DNA of 64,000 nucleotides from Octopus vulgaris (lineage: Eukaryota), in assembly GCA_951406725.2 (NCBI GenBank), contig OX597822.1, forward strand, positions 38,316,001 to 38,380,000. The letters run 5' to 3'. How positions within the stretch are numbered: the first letter of the stretch is position 1; the number at the start of each line of letters is the position of its first letter. The translations under genes and the position numbers were made by a program. The notes under the pieces are model-generated. The model searched no databases. It was not told where the DNA came from and saw only the letters and a list, made by a program, of their open reading frames with translations. Of the stretch, positions 14,491-29,651 are shown piece after piece.

Positions 14491-17400
14491 TTGCTGTCTT
14501 TGAATTTTGCAGCTGATGATAGCAAAGTGATAGAAAGTTTGCCAATCAAATATGGTACCAAGTTATTTGTTTGGGATGGGAAACAGGTAAGTGATATCAT
14601 CTTCATTGTTGTTCTTTTAGAGTAGCTATTGTCCGGTTCCATCTGTGAAGTCAAAGATGTAGTGGTCATTTGTTTCTGAGAGATACATGGTGACTTTAAT
14701 AGTGCTGGTGGCATGAAAAAAAATGACCCAGTACATGCTGTGCAGTGGTTATTGTTGGGCATCCAACAATAGAAACCATGCTAAAACTTATGTTGGAGTA
14801 TGATGCAGTCCTTGGACACATCAGCTCCTGTTAAACCATCCAACCCATGCTAGCATGGCATATGGATGTTAAAAGACAATGATGATAATGTTGTAAACAT
14901 CTAACTACTTGATGTCCCTCAATCTCAACCATCACTAGATATGTGGAGGAATGGCCCTTCATCCATGTTTTTCTCAATGTTGGCAACATAATTATTGGAG
15001 AGGCCACAATGCCTGTGAGGTTAAGATGCTGGGTTATTGATTGTTCACTTGGTCATAGGTTCAAATCTTAATCACAATTTTGGTGTCCACAACCAAGGTG
15101 TATAGCACTGCTTACTCATCTTGAACCAATATCTCCTCAGGTGCAGGCATGGCTATGTGGTTAAAAAAGTTTGCCTCCCATCTGCATGGCACTCTGGGTA
15201 GGTGTTGTCTACCATTGCCCCAGGCTGACCAAAATCTTGAGCGGATTTGGTAGACAGAAACTGAAAATCCATCGTGTGTGTGTGTGTGTCTTGTCTTGAT
15301 GTCATGTGATAGCTGTAAATGACTGCTACTGTCTGACTAATATTGTGAAAACATGTCTGGCCTTGGGGAAATATTTCTATGCTTAGAAACAGGTGAAGAT
15401 TGGTGAGAAGGAAGGCACCCAAACAGAAAGGTCTGACTCAAACTCTGTCCAAGCATGGGAAAGTGGATGTTAAAACGATGATGATATATATATATATATA
15501 TATGCAAACACAAGACAATAAGGAGCTTCTATCTGTGGTTGCTTGACATGCTGAAATGATAACCAAATTTTATTCAAAGCACAATCACTCCTTAATCTTG
15601 CATAAAGAATGAGATATCAAACAGAATAAGTCAGATACTGTTTATGTATGCCTATAGACAAAATGATCACAGCTGAAACACTTGATCATGAGTCTGCTTG
15701 TTGAGAGTTGACTAAGGGTTAAAAATCCAGCATAATTTGATCTAGCCTGCCATTCTATTTATTGTCATTCCCCAGCTGTATTCTCTTTTCCTACTTCGAA
15801 CAACTATATTATGACCCAGCCTGCCATTCTATCTATTTTCATTCCTCCACTATATTCTCCTTTCCTATCATAACTATATGACCTGGGCTGTTATTCTGCT
15901 CTTTCTGTTCTAGGTTCAGAAGCAGGAGATACCAGTAGGTATAGAGAGTGAACCAATTCTGTTGACTGTGATATATGGTAACCCTCTCCAGTTTAGCCAT
16001 GCCTACTCCAAGTCTCTGTCTATGGCTGACTTCAAAGTTCTGGTCAGTCAACGAACTGGCGTCTCGGTCAAGAAGATTAGCATTAAGAAACTTCAACAAA
16101 CAGGTAAATATATGTATGTATGTAGGTGGTGCTTCAGTATGTTCTTGTCCATCATAGCTAAATCATGAATATATCACATGATCACATGACTGGTCAGATA
16201 TTGTTATACATCACTGGTCACAATGTGCTATTCATCTTTTTAGCCTTTGAAAGGCCAACCTTTCCCTGCTGGTCAAAAGGAGAGACGAGCAACTTCGAAG
16301 TGTTTTGCTCAAGAATGCAACACAACACCCAGAATCGAACCCACAATCTGGTGATTGTGAGTGCAACAGCCTAATCACTAGGCCACAAACCTTTGCAAAT
16401 ATAAATTCTTAACAAGAATATACATATCTAATATAATAAATGTAAATATCAGTGTGTCACACTTTTTCAACTTTATTCCTAGATGCCATAGTCCAACATA
16501 TACTATTTTGGGATCAGGCCAACTCCATGAGAAAATTAAAAACATTTTGGGCTAAATCAGGATCCGCAATCCTGAAATTTTGGATTTCCAAGTTTTCATT
16601 ACTGCGATTGTTTTTGGCAGATTAAAAAATGTTTTTTTTTAACATGGTTTTTTGGCAATGAATTTTTTTGTATGATAACAATTTTTACTAGCTTGACCCG
16701 TAAGAACTTCATGGAAAACATAAATGTAAGCATCTGTATATAGTGACTTCATTTAATAACTATCAAATAATTATGGGCATAACTACAGATGTATACCCCC
16801 ACTGACTTTGTTGCCTCATAAATTCCATAAACAATTGCTTAGATCCTGTTGATTGAGTGTATGTTAAGATTTGTTGGAAAAAATTTTTCTGAGGGGCCAG
16901 GGAGAGGAGTTTCAGAAAATTCACACAACCTGACATTTTCTGCCTCATAACTTTCAGGAAAATTGATATTTTTTAATGAAATTCTATACAAATACCTTTC
17001 AAACGGCATAGAATAACTGTCACAATGGCTTTATCATATATCGTCCAAAACGAAAAGTTTTCCAGCGTTTTCTCTCTGAGAATAGCTTCATTCTCTTTCA
17101 CTTTAATTCTCTATTCACTCCTTTTGTTCACTCAGTCTATCTCCCTAAATATCTTTCTCTTTTCTCCCTCCCTCCTCTATGTCTCCTTGCCTCTAACCTT
17201 TCTCTTGCATTCAATGCAGTATATTTGTCTTACCTCTCAGCTCTATCAAGTCCTCTCTCTCTTTCTCTCACTCTCACTCCCTATTCTTTGCCACTTTGCC
17301 TCTTACTTCAACTATACTTCTGCTTAACAAGTTTCATTTCTCTCTTTTTACCTCTTCCTCTTAACTAAGTGTGACACACACCACAAGTACATATGTATGT

Positions 17401-20400
17401 AACTACATAGGTATTAGCATATTAATATAACAATTTTTATAACTTGGAAATAAATTTCGGAATAATTGAAATATATTGGGAAATCCAGTGAAAGTCACCT
17501 ATGAAATAGAAATAATTATTGTATGAAAAGTAAGGACCTACGTACATTAAATTGTCTTTAAATTCAGTGGCAGCAGAAGAATTATTCTTGAACTTTTAAA
17601 AGATAGGCTTAAATATTAATGTAATACTTAAATGCAGCAATCAATTTTCAGTTCTTCTGTTGTTTATTGTTGCCTATCGCATACGACAGCAGTATGCCTT
17701 GTAAAAATAAATCTCCACCAACAGAGCACCAGATTGCAATCAAAAGGACCAAGACTGCAGCGAGGAAAAGAAAGTCACATGCAAATGAAAATCTGGGTCA
17801 AACGGCAGCCAGGAGATCTTCCAATGCAGTGAATATGCAAATACTTAGGGACTCTCAAACTCTTGAACAAGCTGCATCCAGGAGAGCATCAAATGCCCTT
17901 ACCAAGAGGAGAGAAAGTATATTAGAAACACCTGAACAAGCTGAATCTAGGAGAGCTTCCAGTGTTGTACAGGAGCTAGCTTAAAAGCTGCTTGATAGGG
18001 CGGCTTTTAAGCTAGTATATATATATATATATAGAGAGAGACACACACACACACACATCTAATATAATAAATGCAAATGTCAGGGTCACACCTTTTCAAC
18101 TTTGCTCAACATATCCTACCATTGTGGAATGAGGCTGACTCTGTGAGTAAATTAAAAACATCCTGTGCTGAATCGGGACCCGCAATCCTGAAATTTTGGA
18201 TTCCCAAGTTTTCATTACTGCGCTTGTTTTCAGCGTTTTTTTTTTCTCTCCACATGATTTTTTTGTATTCTTTTTTACTCTTTTACTTGTTTCAGTCATT
18301 TGACTGTGGCCATGCTGGAGCACCGCCTTTAGTCGAGCAAATCGACCCCAGGACTTATTCTTTGTAAGCTTAGTACTTATTCTATCGGTCTCTTTTACCA
18401 AACCGCTAAGTTACGGGGACGTAAATACACCAGCATCAATTGTCAAGCGATGCTGGGGGGGACAAACACAGACACACAAGCATTTACATACATACATACA
18501 TATATGACGGGCTTCTTTCAGTTTCTATCTACTAAATCCACTCACAAGGTTTTGGTCGGCCTGAGGCGATAGTAGAAGACACTTGCCCAAGGTGCCACGC
18601 AGTGGGACTGAACCCGGAACTATGTGGTTCGTAAGCAAGCTACTTAATACACAGCCACTCCTACGCCTGATAACAATTTTTATAGTCTAAAGGCTGACAC
18701 AGTAAATTAAAATCATTCCAGGCTAAATCTGGACCCACAATCCTGAAATTTTGGATTTCCAAGTTTTCATTACTGTGATTGTTTTCAGTGATCTTTTTTT
18801 TTTTTTTTTTTTGTGACAAATTTTTTTGTATGATAACAATTTTTATAACTTGGAAATAAATTTTGGGAATAATTGAAATTAATTGCAATATCCAGCAATT
18901 ATTTTTGGTGAATTTTTTTTTTAACATGATTTTTGCTACGAATTTAATCATCATTGGGATATGACTCTGGAAGAAGCAGTTGCAACAAATTCTCCAAAAC
19001 AAATCAGAGATCTGATTGCAGATCTTCCCATTCGGGGTCAGTTGCTTAAAAGCTATATACTAACATAAAAGCTGCCCTATTGGGTAGTTTTTTACGATGA
19101 TAATTGTGATAAGGAATTTCACTTCAGTCATGTAGTATCAGGTTCACTTCTACTGTGCAGCACCTTGATCAAGTGTGTTGCCTTTCAGCTTGTGAGTTTC
19201 GTTCATGGTACCCTATTCTCTCTATTTTCCCTCTCTATATCTCTTCCTTTTTCTCTCATTCTCAGGAAGCCAAGTGTCTGCCATTGAGATCTGCTACAGC
19301 AACAACAATAGCAATGAGGACCAAACCTTGTCTGCTCTTGGACTTACTGATGGAGATGAGTTGGTTGTGGAGGACAAATTCTGCTCTGGGTAACTATCCC
19401 CTCTTCACTTGTTTCTCCTGCTGATTTGTTATACTCTAAGAGCCCCCAGCCACTGGCCCACGGACCAATTGGTAGTGGGGCCACTCAGAAAAAAATAAAT
19501 ATTTAAATTCTACTTTTATTTTATTGACTACTGGTGTCTGCAGAATGTTTTTGCATTGTGTGTAAAATATATATATTTAGGGATATAATAATTCATCATC
19601 ATCATCATACGTCTGCTTTCCATGCTAGCATGGGTTGGATGATTTGACTAAAGACTGGCGAACCAGATGGCTGCACCAGGCTCCAATCTGATCTGGCAGA
19701 GTTTCTACAGCTGGATGCTCTTCCTAATGCTGGTGATAATTAAATTATATATTAAGCACTTTATTATGTTATGTGTGTGATTCCTCAGTCTGTGGAAAAA
19801 TTGTCTTGAATGAAACAGGTCCATGGTGCAAAAATGGTTGGGGACCAGCTCTATGCAGTATTATTCTCTTTATCTCCACATGTCTCTTTTTTTTCAGATG
19901 TAATGTTTGTTACAAATTTTGGCAGAAGGCTAGCATGTTTGCGGGAGGTGGTTCAGTAAATTGAGGTGTAGTATTAAACAATCTTAACTATGGACCAGAA
20001 TCTGACAACATTTTTAGCATAATGAAATAGTGCTAAGAAGATCTATCAATTTATCAAACCAAACAAGGCATTTATAAAAATGAAATTTCCATGGGTTCCA
20101 CAAGTTATTAGGGGGACCAGGGATTGATAAAACTGTTAAGTATCATAAATATAGACTTTCATCTGTCTGTCGACTTCTTTGACCTCAGTTCAGTACTGAG
20201 TGACAAGATAATGATCAGAAGTGTTCCAGCCTTGACTATCGTGTTTTTTTTTTTAGCATTGTATATCTAGGGCTACATTATCCAATGTGTCCTTACTTTT
20301 TCAAGACTAAAATATTAGTAGTCATATAGCTCTTCTGCAACTTGTTCTGCTCTGGCCATTTTCTCTCATTCTTTACTCCTCTCTACACCTCTTTCTCCTA

Positions 20401-21380
20401 GCATTAAGTCCATTCCACCACTCGAGGTTTGTGGTATTGCAAGCTCCATGATGGCCTCACTTATGCTGGTGGTATGGAAAAACATGCAAGTTAGAGCATC
20501 CAGCCTTAAAAACCATGCAAAACAGACAATGGAGCATGATGGAGTTTTTGTATCCGTTGGTTCTTGTCAAACTGTCCAACCCATGCCAGCATGGAACATC
20601 ATCATCGTCATCATTATTTGATGTCCATTTTCCATGCTGAGATGGGTTGGACGGTTTGACCAACACTGGTGACCTGTACCAAGTCCCAGCCTGATTTAGC
20701 TTGGTTTCTGCATTTGGATGCCCTACCTAATGCTAACAACTTTACAGAATGTGCCAGGTGCTTTCTATGTAGACTGGCATGGGTGCCTTTTATATGAACT
20801 GGCACTGGTGCCCTTTATGTTGACCTGTGAAGGAGATTTGACTGCTTTTTCTTGCATGTGAAGCAACCACATGGTCTTCTTTTTTGGGTTAATTGTTAAC
20901 ATTAGATTTATCTACCCAGCAAAATCTTACTCAGCATTACCTCAACTGACCATGGCTTACCCTGATTTAATAATCCACGATGTTCAAAATTCCCTTTGTC
21001 AGCAACATTGGTTAGATGAACCCGTACAGTCAGTCCCTATACAAACTTCATGCATGGTTATGTCCCCTTATCTTAACCCTCGTCTTTCTCTATTGACAGC
21101 CCAAGTTTGACAGACTGGACAATTACAAAAAGAAGTAAGCTACTTGTATCTGTGGAAAATTGCTGTCAGGTGAGTTTTACTATTTCTTTACATTAAACTA
21201 AAAAATTTACCCCTGTTCCATTTATGTTCTGGTATCACTCTGAGAAACCATATGTCACAGTCTCATATTACTGAGAGCAAGTTTATACACATATATGCCT
21301 GCACGTGCACAAAAACACACACACACACATCTCATCATCATCATCATCGTTTAACGTCTGCCTTCCATGCTGGTATGATG

Positions 21381-21431
<51 letters not shown>

Positions 21432-24400
21432 GGGAAAAAATAAGTTCAAAAGAGAACAATTCAAACTTTTTGAGAGGTCCAAAAAGAGAGAAAGAATGAT
21501 TTCTAATAAAGATCCATCATATTCATAAAAAACAGCCAGAGCAAGTAATAAGAATATCAAAATAGTAACTGAAAAATATTAAATATACCATAAACAATTA
21601 TAGAAAAATGGAGGAGAAAAAGATGTTGAATCAAAATTAGATTTAATCCTATTTTGTATTAAATTTAATTTTGATTCAACATCTTTTTCTCCTCCATTTT
21701 TCTATAATTGTTTATGGTATATTTATACCTATAACTACATTTTTCAACTATATATATATGTGCATATTTAAACATACAACTAGATATATAGGCACATTTT
21801 TTTTCCCAGGAGTCATATCGGAGAAAATAGGCAATCATATTCTCTTTTTACTAAATGTAAGAATATACATCAAACCTAAAAGTAAGTTTCAGTAGAGCTT
21901 ATGAATGGTTGCAAGTATACATTCTTTATTTGTGGCTATGAGGTTACAATATGTAATGAAGACATTGATCCTTTGATGCCCAGCCTATCCGCCATGATGA
22001 GACATATTAGTTAGCATGGACAAATAGTATCAGACATTATATGGTGATATGAAAAGTGTTAAAGCATATCAAATAACATGTTGACTTGCAATCATGGGTG
22101 AAAATTGATATTTACTGTCTTGATGAATCCTCCAGCATGTACATACTGTAGGAGACCAAGAACCTCCTCTAAGGTCGGTCTTTAACAAATAAAACAAGAT
22201 GTCGATATTTACACAAGAAATACACAAATGTTTATTGACCAATTGCCATGTTTCCTTTTCAAAACATTAAATATGAAATTTTAAAATATTTTGTATTTTA
22301 TGACAATCAGAATTGTTGATTTATATTTTTTTATATTCTTAATTTTTTTTCAATGCGAGTTTTATCAAATACTTTCAGAATGCTTATTTTCCTCTGCATT
22401 AATTTGAATTTTTGAATTTTCAAACAAATTTTTTTGACCAATTTTTTTTTTCATTTTACATTTTTTTTTTATGTTGATGTCCACAGCAATCCACAAGTTC
22501 CACTGTGATGGTTGAGACCGACAAAGATATGGTAAGTACTACATATGCTAATGTTCAATTCTTTCTCAGATACTGTATTGTAGTTAATTCAGTGTGTTAC
22601 AATGACATTTAAATCGCTTCAGTTATCTCTTTCTTTCCTTCAACTATTATTTCAATCTTTTTCAAGAGTTGTTGAAATTCAACACCAGTCATCTACTAGG
22701 GGTTAACCTTATTGACTCTGTCATTATGGTAGAAATAATTCAACAAGCTGTCAGAATTGTTATCACACTGAACAAAATGTTTAGTGGGATTTCATTTGTC
22801 TTCATGTTCTGAGTTCAAATTGTGTTGAGCTCAACTTTACCTTTCATCCTTTCAGGATCAATGAAATAATTACCATTTGAGCTCTGGGGTTGATGTGTAA
22901 TTGACTTCCTTACTCCTCCCCAAAATTCGAGGTTATGTGCTTATAGTAGAAACAATTTATTTATTTTTTATTTATGTGCCCTTTTCAAGCCTAGCCAGGC
23001 TCATGGGCCTGGTTTCCCAGTTTCTGTGGCATATGTGTTCCTTCCAGCTGGACGGGACGCCAGTCCATCGCAGTGTTACACAAGAAACAGGAAGAAAGAG
23101 TGAGAGAAAGTTGGGGCGAAAGAGTACAACAGGGGTAACCACCACCCTCTGCTAGAGCCTCGTGGAGCTTTAGGTGTTTTCGCTCAATGAACACACACAA
23201 CGCCCGAAACCGCGATGCTCTGACCGTGAGTCCGCTGCCCCAATCACTGGGCCATTGTGTCTCTACAGTAGAAACAATTATGATGGGTAAATGACAGAAT
23301 AATAGAGCACTTAGAAAATACTTCCTAATATTTAGTCTCATCTCTTTACATTCTGAGTTTAAATCTTAATGTGTTTCACTTTTCATTCTTCAAGGTTGTT
23401 GAAATAGAATATCACAAACTGGGTGTTTATGTGTGTGTGAGAAAATTGATGATTATATTTCTTTCTTAAAGTATATAGATTAGTACCTGCTAGAAATTAT
23501 TATTATGAAGGTGCCATGTAAAAAGCACCTGTGCTCGTGCCGCATAAAAAGCATCTAGTACACTCTGTAAAGTGGTGGGCATCAGGAAGGGCATCCAGCG
23601 ATAGAAACCAAGCCAAAACTGTCTAACCCATGCCAGCATGGAAAACGGTCATTAAATGATGACGACGAGTGGTGCAGGGGTAAGGTTGATAGAATATCAG
23701 AAGGCATACATTGCAGCGCATATCTATACAGATTTAAGCCAACACTGTAACAGACAGTTATAAATATCTTGTCTTTATACAATATCTTTATAGACAGAAT
23801 ATATTGCTCTAGTTAGCTAGGTTTATGTTCTGAGTTCAAATCCTACCATAAAATACTTGTGAACTTGTACCATTACAGAAAATCATTATTAAGGATAAGG
23901 CAATGGGTTGGCTGGATCATTGGTATGCTGGACAAAATGCTTCCTTGCATTTCTTCTGGTGCTTTATGTTCTGAACTCAAATACCACCATGGTCAATTTT
24001 TGCCTTTCATCCTATCTGGGGTTGGTATTTTTTCACGCTGAGAGTTGCTGAAGCATGGAACAAACTGCTGGCATCAGTTGTTAGTTGTCGGAGCACTGCA
24101 TCCTTCAAAACTTCCATGCTTCCTGAGATTTGCCAACACTACACTTGATTTTCTCCCCTCCATACACACACAAGCATGTATCTGACTCATACACTGTTCA
24201 CTTCCCAGACATTTATATATTACTGCATGTACTTTATATGCACTCTCTGACAAGTTGTGGTGCACCTGAGCACTGTATACAATAATTTCATTATATATTA
24301 TATAATTGAATAACCTCCTTCCCCTAAAGTTGCTGGCCTTATTAAATATGGTGGTTTAGCATTGTTTTGGAATAAACATGTAAAGCTGAGTCAGTCACAT

Positions 24401-27400
24401 GTTAGGGTTTACAGCTATAGTTCTCAACCTTTTTTTTTTTGTTAGGGGAGCCACACTGAAAAAGTCAAACTCAAGTCAAAGAAAAATTTATATTTATAGA
24501 GGGAAGACTGTTGGGGACCATTGGAAAAATGCTTGAGGGCTGCATGTGGCCTAGGGAGCTGCAACTGAAAACTGCTGGTTTACAGCCTCTTTCAGTAATT
24601 GGATGGAGCCTTTATCATTGTCAATCATTTCAGTTTAATGTAATTGTTTTAAATAAGTAAATCCTCACTTCTGTTTTTCTCCTCTGCCTCACTCTTGTCT
24701 CCCATGATTCATTCCACAGCTTGTATCTGAGGTGAAGGACATTGCTTTAATCAAACTAGGGATTAATAAACCTCTAGATGAAACCTGCCTCTCCATTGAG
24801 AAAGACCTGTCCAGCAGAAAGCTACCCTGTAAGTACCATTGCTTTTCATAGTTTTTTCACCTAGAGTCTATTGCTGCAGGGCCCTACTAAATACATCATA
24901 ACCATGCCTTGTATAGAAGTGAAGTTTACGTATCTTTAAGCTCAGCTTTGAAGTCCTGGTTGTCTCAGTTGTCTCCTTGGTCTGACCCTGGGTATATGAG
25001 GTCTGATCAAAAAGTATCAGGATTGGTGTTATGAAAAGAAAAATACAACACATATCAATTTGGCATTTAATATCCCATGGAGTAGTCTCGTTCTAACAAT
25101 ATACTTTATCCAGCGTTTCCATTGATGGAAGTATTTTTGGAACTCCTTTTTTGGGATAGCAAGCAGCTGCCTCGTCTTGGGTTTCCTCGACGTTTTGCAA
25201 TCTTGTTGAGAATCTTCCACTGCAATGACAGCCTTGGTTTTGGGGTCATAGCCTTAGACCCATGATTACAACCGTTTTCAAAAGCTTTTGTCTTCCTTGA
25301 CACAATCAAAGAGATCCTGCCACAGCTGAAATGAATCTTCTTTCTGAAATGACCACAGTCTACACACTTCCAAGTATTGTTATAAACAGAAGTGAGTGGT
25401 GACAGGATTCAAGGTAAATCTGTGTTAAGTGGCTTCACTCTGCATATTCTACCTCTGTTACCATAGCAACAGTGCTGATACTTTTTGATCATACCTTATA
25501 TTCATTGCTCCTATACAAGTCAGTGAAGTGATGTCTTCTTTCCAGGGAACAGTGTCTGTGAGATGTTCTGGTGGATCCAAGTTTTAAATAGATGATTGGG
25601 TACAAGCTATTTGTGCGTATACACACACATACAGTTTCTCTCTCTCTTCCTCTCTGTTTTACTCCTTGTTCCTTTCTCTTACATTCCATTCCCCACTCTA
25701 ATTCTCCTGTTATTCTCCCATTGAAAATATTAATCTTTAACTAATTAATACAGTTAATTTAACAAAAAGGCCTCAAATCTTTTTCTTAATTTGTCTTAAT
25801 GAAAGAAGCATTGGATTGAATCTGTTTGGGATTTATGTATCTGCATATATATGTGTGTGTGTGTGTGTATTGCAGGAGTGGCTGTGTGGTAAGAAGCTTG
25901 CTTACCAATCACATGGTTCCGTGTTCAGTCCCACTGTGTGGCACCTTGGGCAGGTGTCTTCTACTATAGTCTTGGTCCGACCAAAGCCTTGGGAGTGGAT
26001 TTGGTGGACAGAGACTGAAGTAAGCCTGTCGTATGGATATGTATGTATTTGTTATTTGTGTCTTTGTTTGTCCCTCCACCTCTTGACAACCGAAGTTGGT
26101 GTGTTTATGTCCCTGTAACTTAGCAGTTTGGCAGAAAGAGACCAACAGAACAAGGCTTACAAGGAATAAGTCTTGGGGTTGATTTATTCAACTAAAGGTG
26201 GTGCTCCAGCATGGCTGCTGTCAAATTACTGAAACAAAAGAATAAAAGAATAGGTATTATAAATAGACACACACACACATGTAAATTAGTGTGTTTGAGT
26301 ATATTGTGTATGTCTTTTTTCTATACTTACATGGAACGGGTTTTCTCTAGCATAGGTTCTCAAGTTTGGTGTTGTAGTCCCTTGTTGAAGTTGAGCCTCT
26401 TGGGATCAACCTTCACTGCTTCTTTCCTCAATCTTCTTTTTGCACAAGTTCCTTCCACATGGATCATTTGATACTTTTTTATCCAACTGTCATCCTCTGC
26501 ATGCATAACAAATCCAAAGCAGTACAGTCTTCTTTAATCTTTCTCTGCATGCATTTACACACACACACACACACACACAACTATATTTTTAAAAGTTAAT
26601 TCAACTTGATATTTCAGTGTGGGGAGAGGACATGATCCAGAATGTTTTGGCTGGTACTGATCATCAGCTCTTCTTAGAAGATAAACCACAGCTGCGCAGA
26701 GATGAGGTGAGTGCTACTCATGTACACTTGTACATGACACTGTTGTTGTTGTTGTTGTTTCCACTACCCTGTTCAAATGTCATACACTTGTTGACACTAT
26801 TGTTCTGTGTATATGGGCCAAGACACAAATGGCTCTTTCTTAACCCAAGCCATGGAGCTTCTTTTATACAACAAAATCCTAGTTTGGGTGTAGTTAATTG
26901 TGTTGTCAATACAAGAGAGATTGGTTGTGGGAGAACTAAGAACTCTCTTCTGCTCTGTATTGTTTTTTTTTTTAAATTCATAATTACTGTTTTTCTAGAC
27001 TAGTTCTTTGCTGTGGCTTTCAGAATTCATAGATCGTTAGCCACTACACACATTTTTTTCTCTCCTTGTTTTTTCTGTGTACCTTTCTGTAGAAGAGCGT
27101 AGGCTCGAAATGTAAAAGACTTTTTCTATTCCTGAGTGCTATACTAATACATCTGTTTGTTTTGTACACCACCTGTCTTCGTCTTTTGTTTTTTTCGTAA
27201 ACTTTCCCTATATATATATATATCATGGTGTTGTTTAAATCCCAGATCACAGTGTTTGTTGGGTTTGGTGCCAGTTTGACCACAACTCAGGCTGATTTGG
27301 AACTGACTTTGGCCAAGGATGAAACTGTTGAAGGTTGTATTGGATACATTGCTTCCAAATGGGATGCCCTCCTACCTGGTTAGTATACCACATTTTCCAT

Positions 27401-29604
27401 TGTAGGGTCACCCTTCTTCATTAGTATATCTGCATAATCATTTATAGTAGAGGTCATCCTTCTACTTGGTTTAATAAGTCAAGGTTTCTATTGTGGTGGG
27501 TAGAGTTGCTTCCACTCCGAAAGGCCCTGCTCTTCTGATCTATCTACTTTTTGCTGCTTTACATTGACACAAAGCATAATAACTGTTATGGCTCAATAAA
27601 TCACCTCCAGTGCATTTCATCAGCGTGAAGAGATGGTTGTCTGACATCTATGACATGATTTGAATTCCAAAAATAAAAGAATGAAATGAAGTACTTTGAT
27701 ATTTTTGAGTCCAGCATTCTGCCATAATCTATTTCACTGATTGGCAGTTTCATGCTTGCAATCTTTCTGATTTGTAAGAAAATATGGATTTGAAACAAAC
27801 ATTATTATTATTATTATTAGGACAGTGAAAGGCTGCGAACTGTTAGTACACTGGACAAAATGCTAAGTGGTTCTTTTGTCTGTTCTTTACATTCTGAGCT
27901 AAAATTTTGCCAAACTCAACTTTGCCTTTCATTTTTCCAGGGTCGATAAATACCAGCAAACTACTGGAGTTGATGTAATCAACTTCCCCAGTCCCTTCAA
28001 AAACTGTTGGCCCTGTGTCAGACTTTGAAGCCATTATTAGAGTGGGGAATTGGCTGAATCATTGGAGAGGTGGAAAAAATGCCTTGTGGTATTTGTTTTA
28101 ATTCTCTAAGTTCTGAGTTCAAATCCCAAAAGGTCAACTTTGCCTTTCATTCTTCTGTTGATATGATACCAGCCATAAGGCAGTGAGCTGGCAGAAGCGT
28201 TAGCATGCCGGGCAAAATGCTTAGTGGTATTTCATCTGTCTTTACATTTTGAGTTCAAATTCTGCCGAGGTCGACTTAGCCTTTCATCCTTTTGGGGTTA
28301 AGTCCCAGTTGCTTGCTGGGGTCAATCTAATTGACTGGCCCCCTCCCTCAAAATTTTGGGCCTTGTGCCTAGAGTAGAAAAGATATAGTACCAGCCATGT
28401 ACTGGGGTAATGGTCAATTTAATTGATTAACCCCTTCTAAAATTTTTAGCCTTTTGCCTATATTTGAAAAAATATTATTGCTGTGTCATTCTCATCATGT
28501 TTTTGTTTACCAGTGGAAGGTTGGCATCTCCGGAAAGTCTCATGGTGTGGTGAACCATCCACCATATTGAACCAGCTGTGGGCAACTCTGGAGAGTTGTC
28601 AGGTAAACCATGGAGATAGATTGCTCTGTGAACGAGGAAAACTGCCACAGAAGGTAAATTATCTCACTTATTAGTGGTCCCTAATTACCAAGGACATCAT
28701 GTACAACTCTTTCAAGGGTCATAAAGGCTGCCCTCTGTAAAGTGTCTGTACAGCTTTTACTGCCGGAATTGTTTGTTGATAGCAAAAAGTTTGAGTTGTG
28801 GAGTTGGTTGTTACATTGGCTTCCAGGTTGTTGTTTAGTTCCAGGTCATTCCTTAACTGACTAAACCTATCATCAGAAACATTCTGACTATGGCCATCTC
28901 TTTTTCTTTTCTGAAATAATGTAACCAAAACTACAATATTTAATGTGTTCTTTTTCCTTTAAGAGATTTGGATATGACACAAGAAAGATTTGGCTGCTAT
29001 TTCTAGCATGTTCATCATCATCATCATTTAACATCTGTTTTCCATGCTGGCATGGGTTGGACAGTTTGACAAAAAACTGTTAAGCCAGGGAGGTGCATCA
29101 GGTTCCGATCTGATTGGCAAGTTATGAGCTACTTTGTTATGTGGTGGATTGGCCTGCTAGAAATAGCAATCAAATCTCAAATCATAATGACGCCCATTCC
29201 TGTCCCCATTGTCATACTTTAGCCCCTCATCATCTGGCAGAAAGCCACCTTTCTCAATGCTATTCACCCCATCTCAGTTAAAGGGGTTTCAGTACACTCT
29301 GTAAAGTGGTTGGCATTATGAGGGGCATCCAATTATAAAAACCATACCTGCATGGAAATGACTGTTAAATGATGAGACGTAGATGATTATTTTTCAAAAA
29401 AATGGGATTATCAGCTAAACAACAATTTAGAATGTCATCACAATTACAAGAAATGCTAATTGTTTCTACCTTTTGATGATGTAAAGACCAGGCTGTGTGG
29501 TAAGAAGCTTGCTTCCCAACTGTATGGTTTCAGGTTCAGTCCCACTGTGTACCACCTTGGGGAAGTGTGTGGAGTTGATAGACAGAAACTGAAAGATGTC
29601 TGTC

Positions 29605-29651
<47 letters not shown>

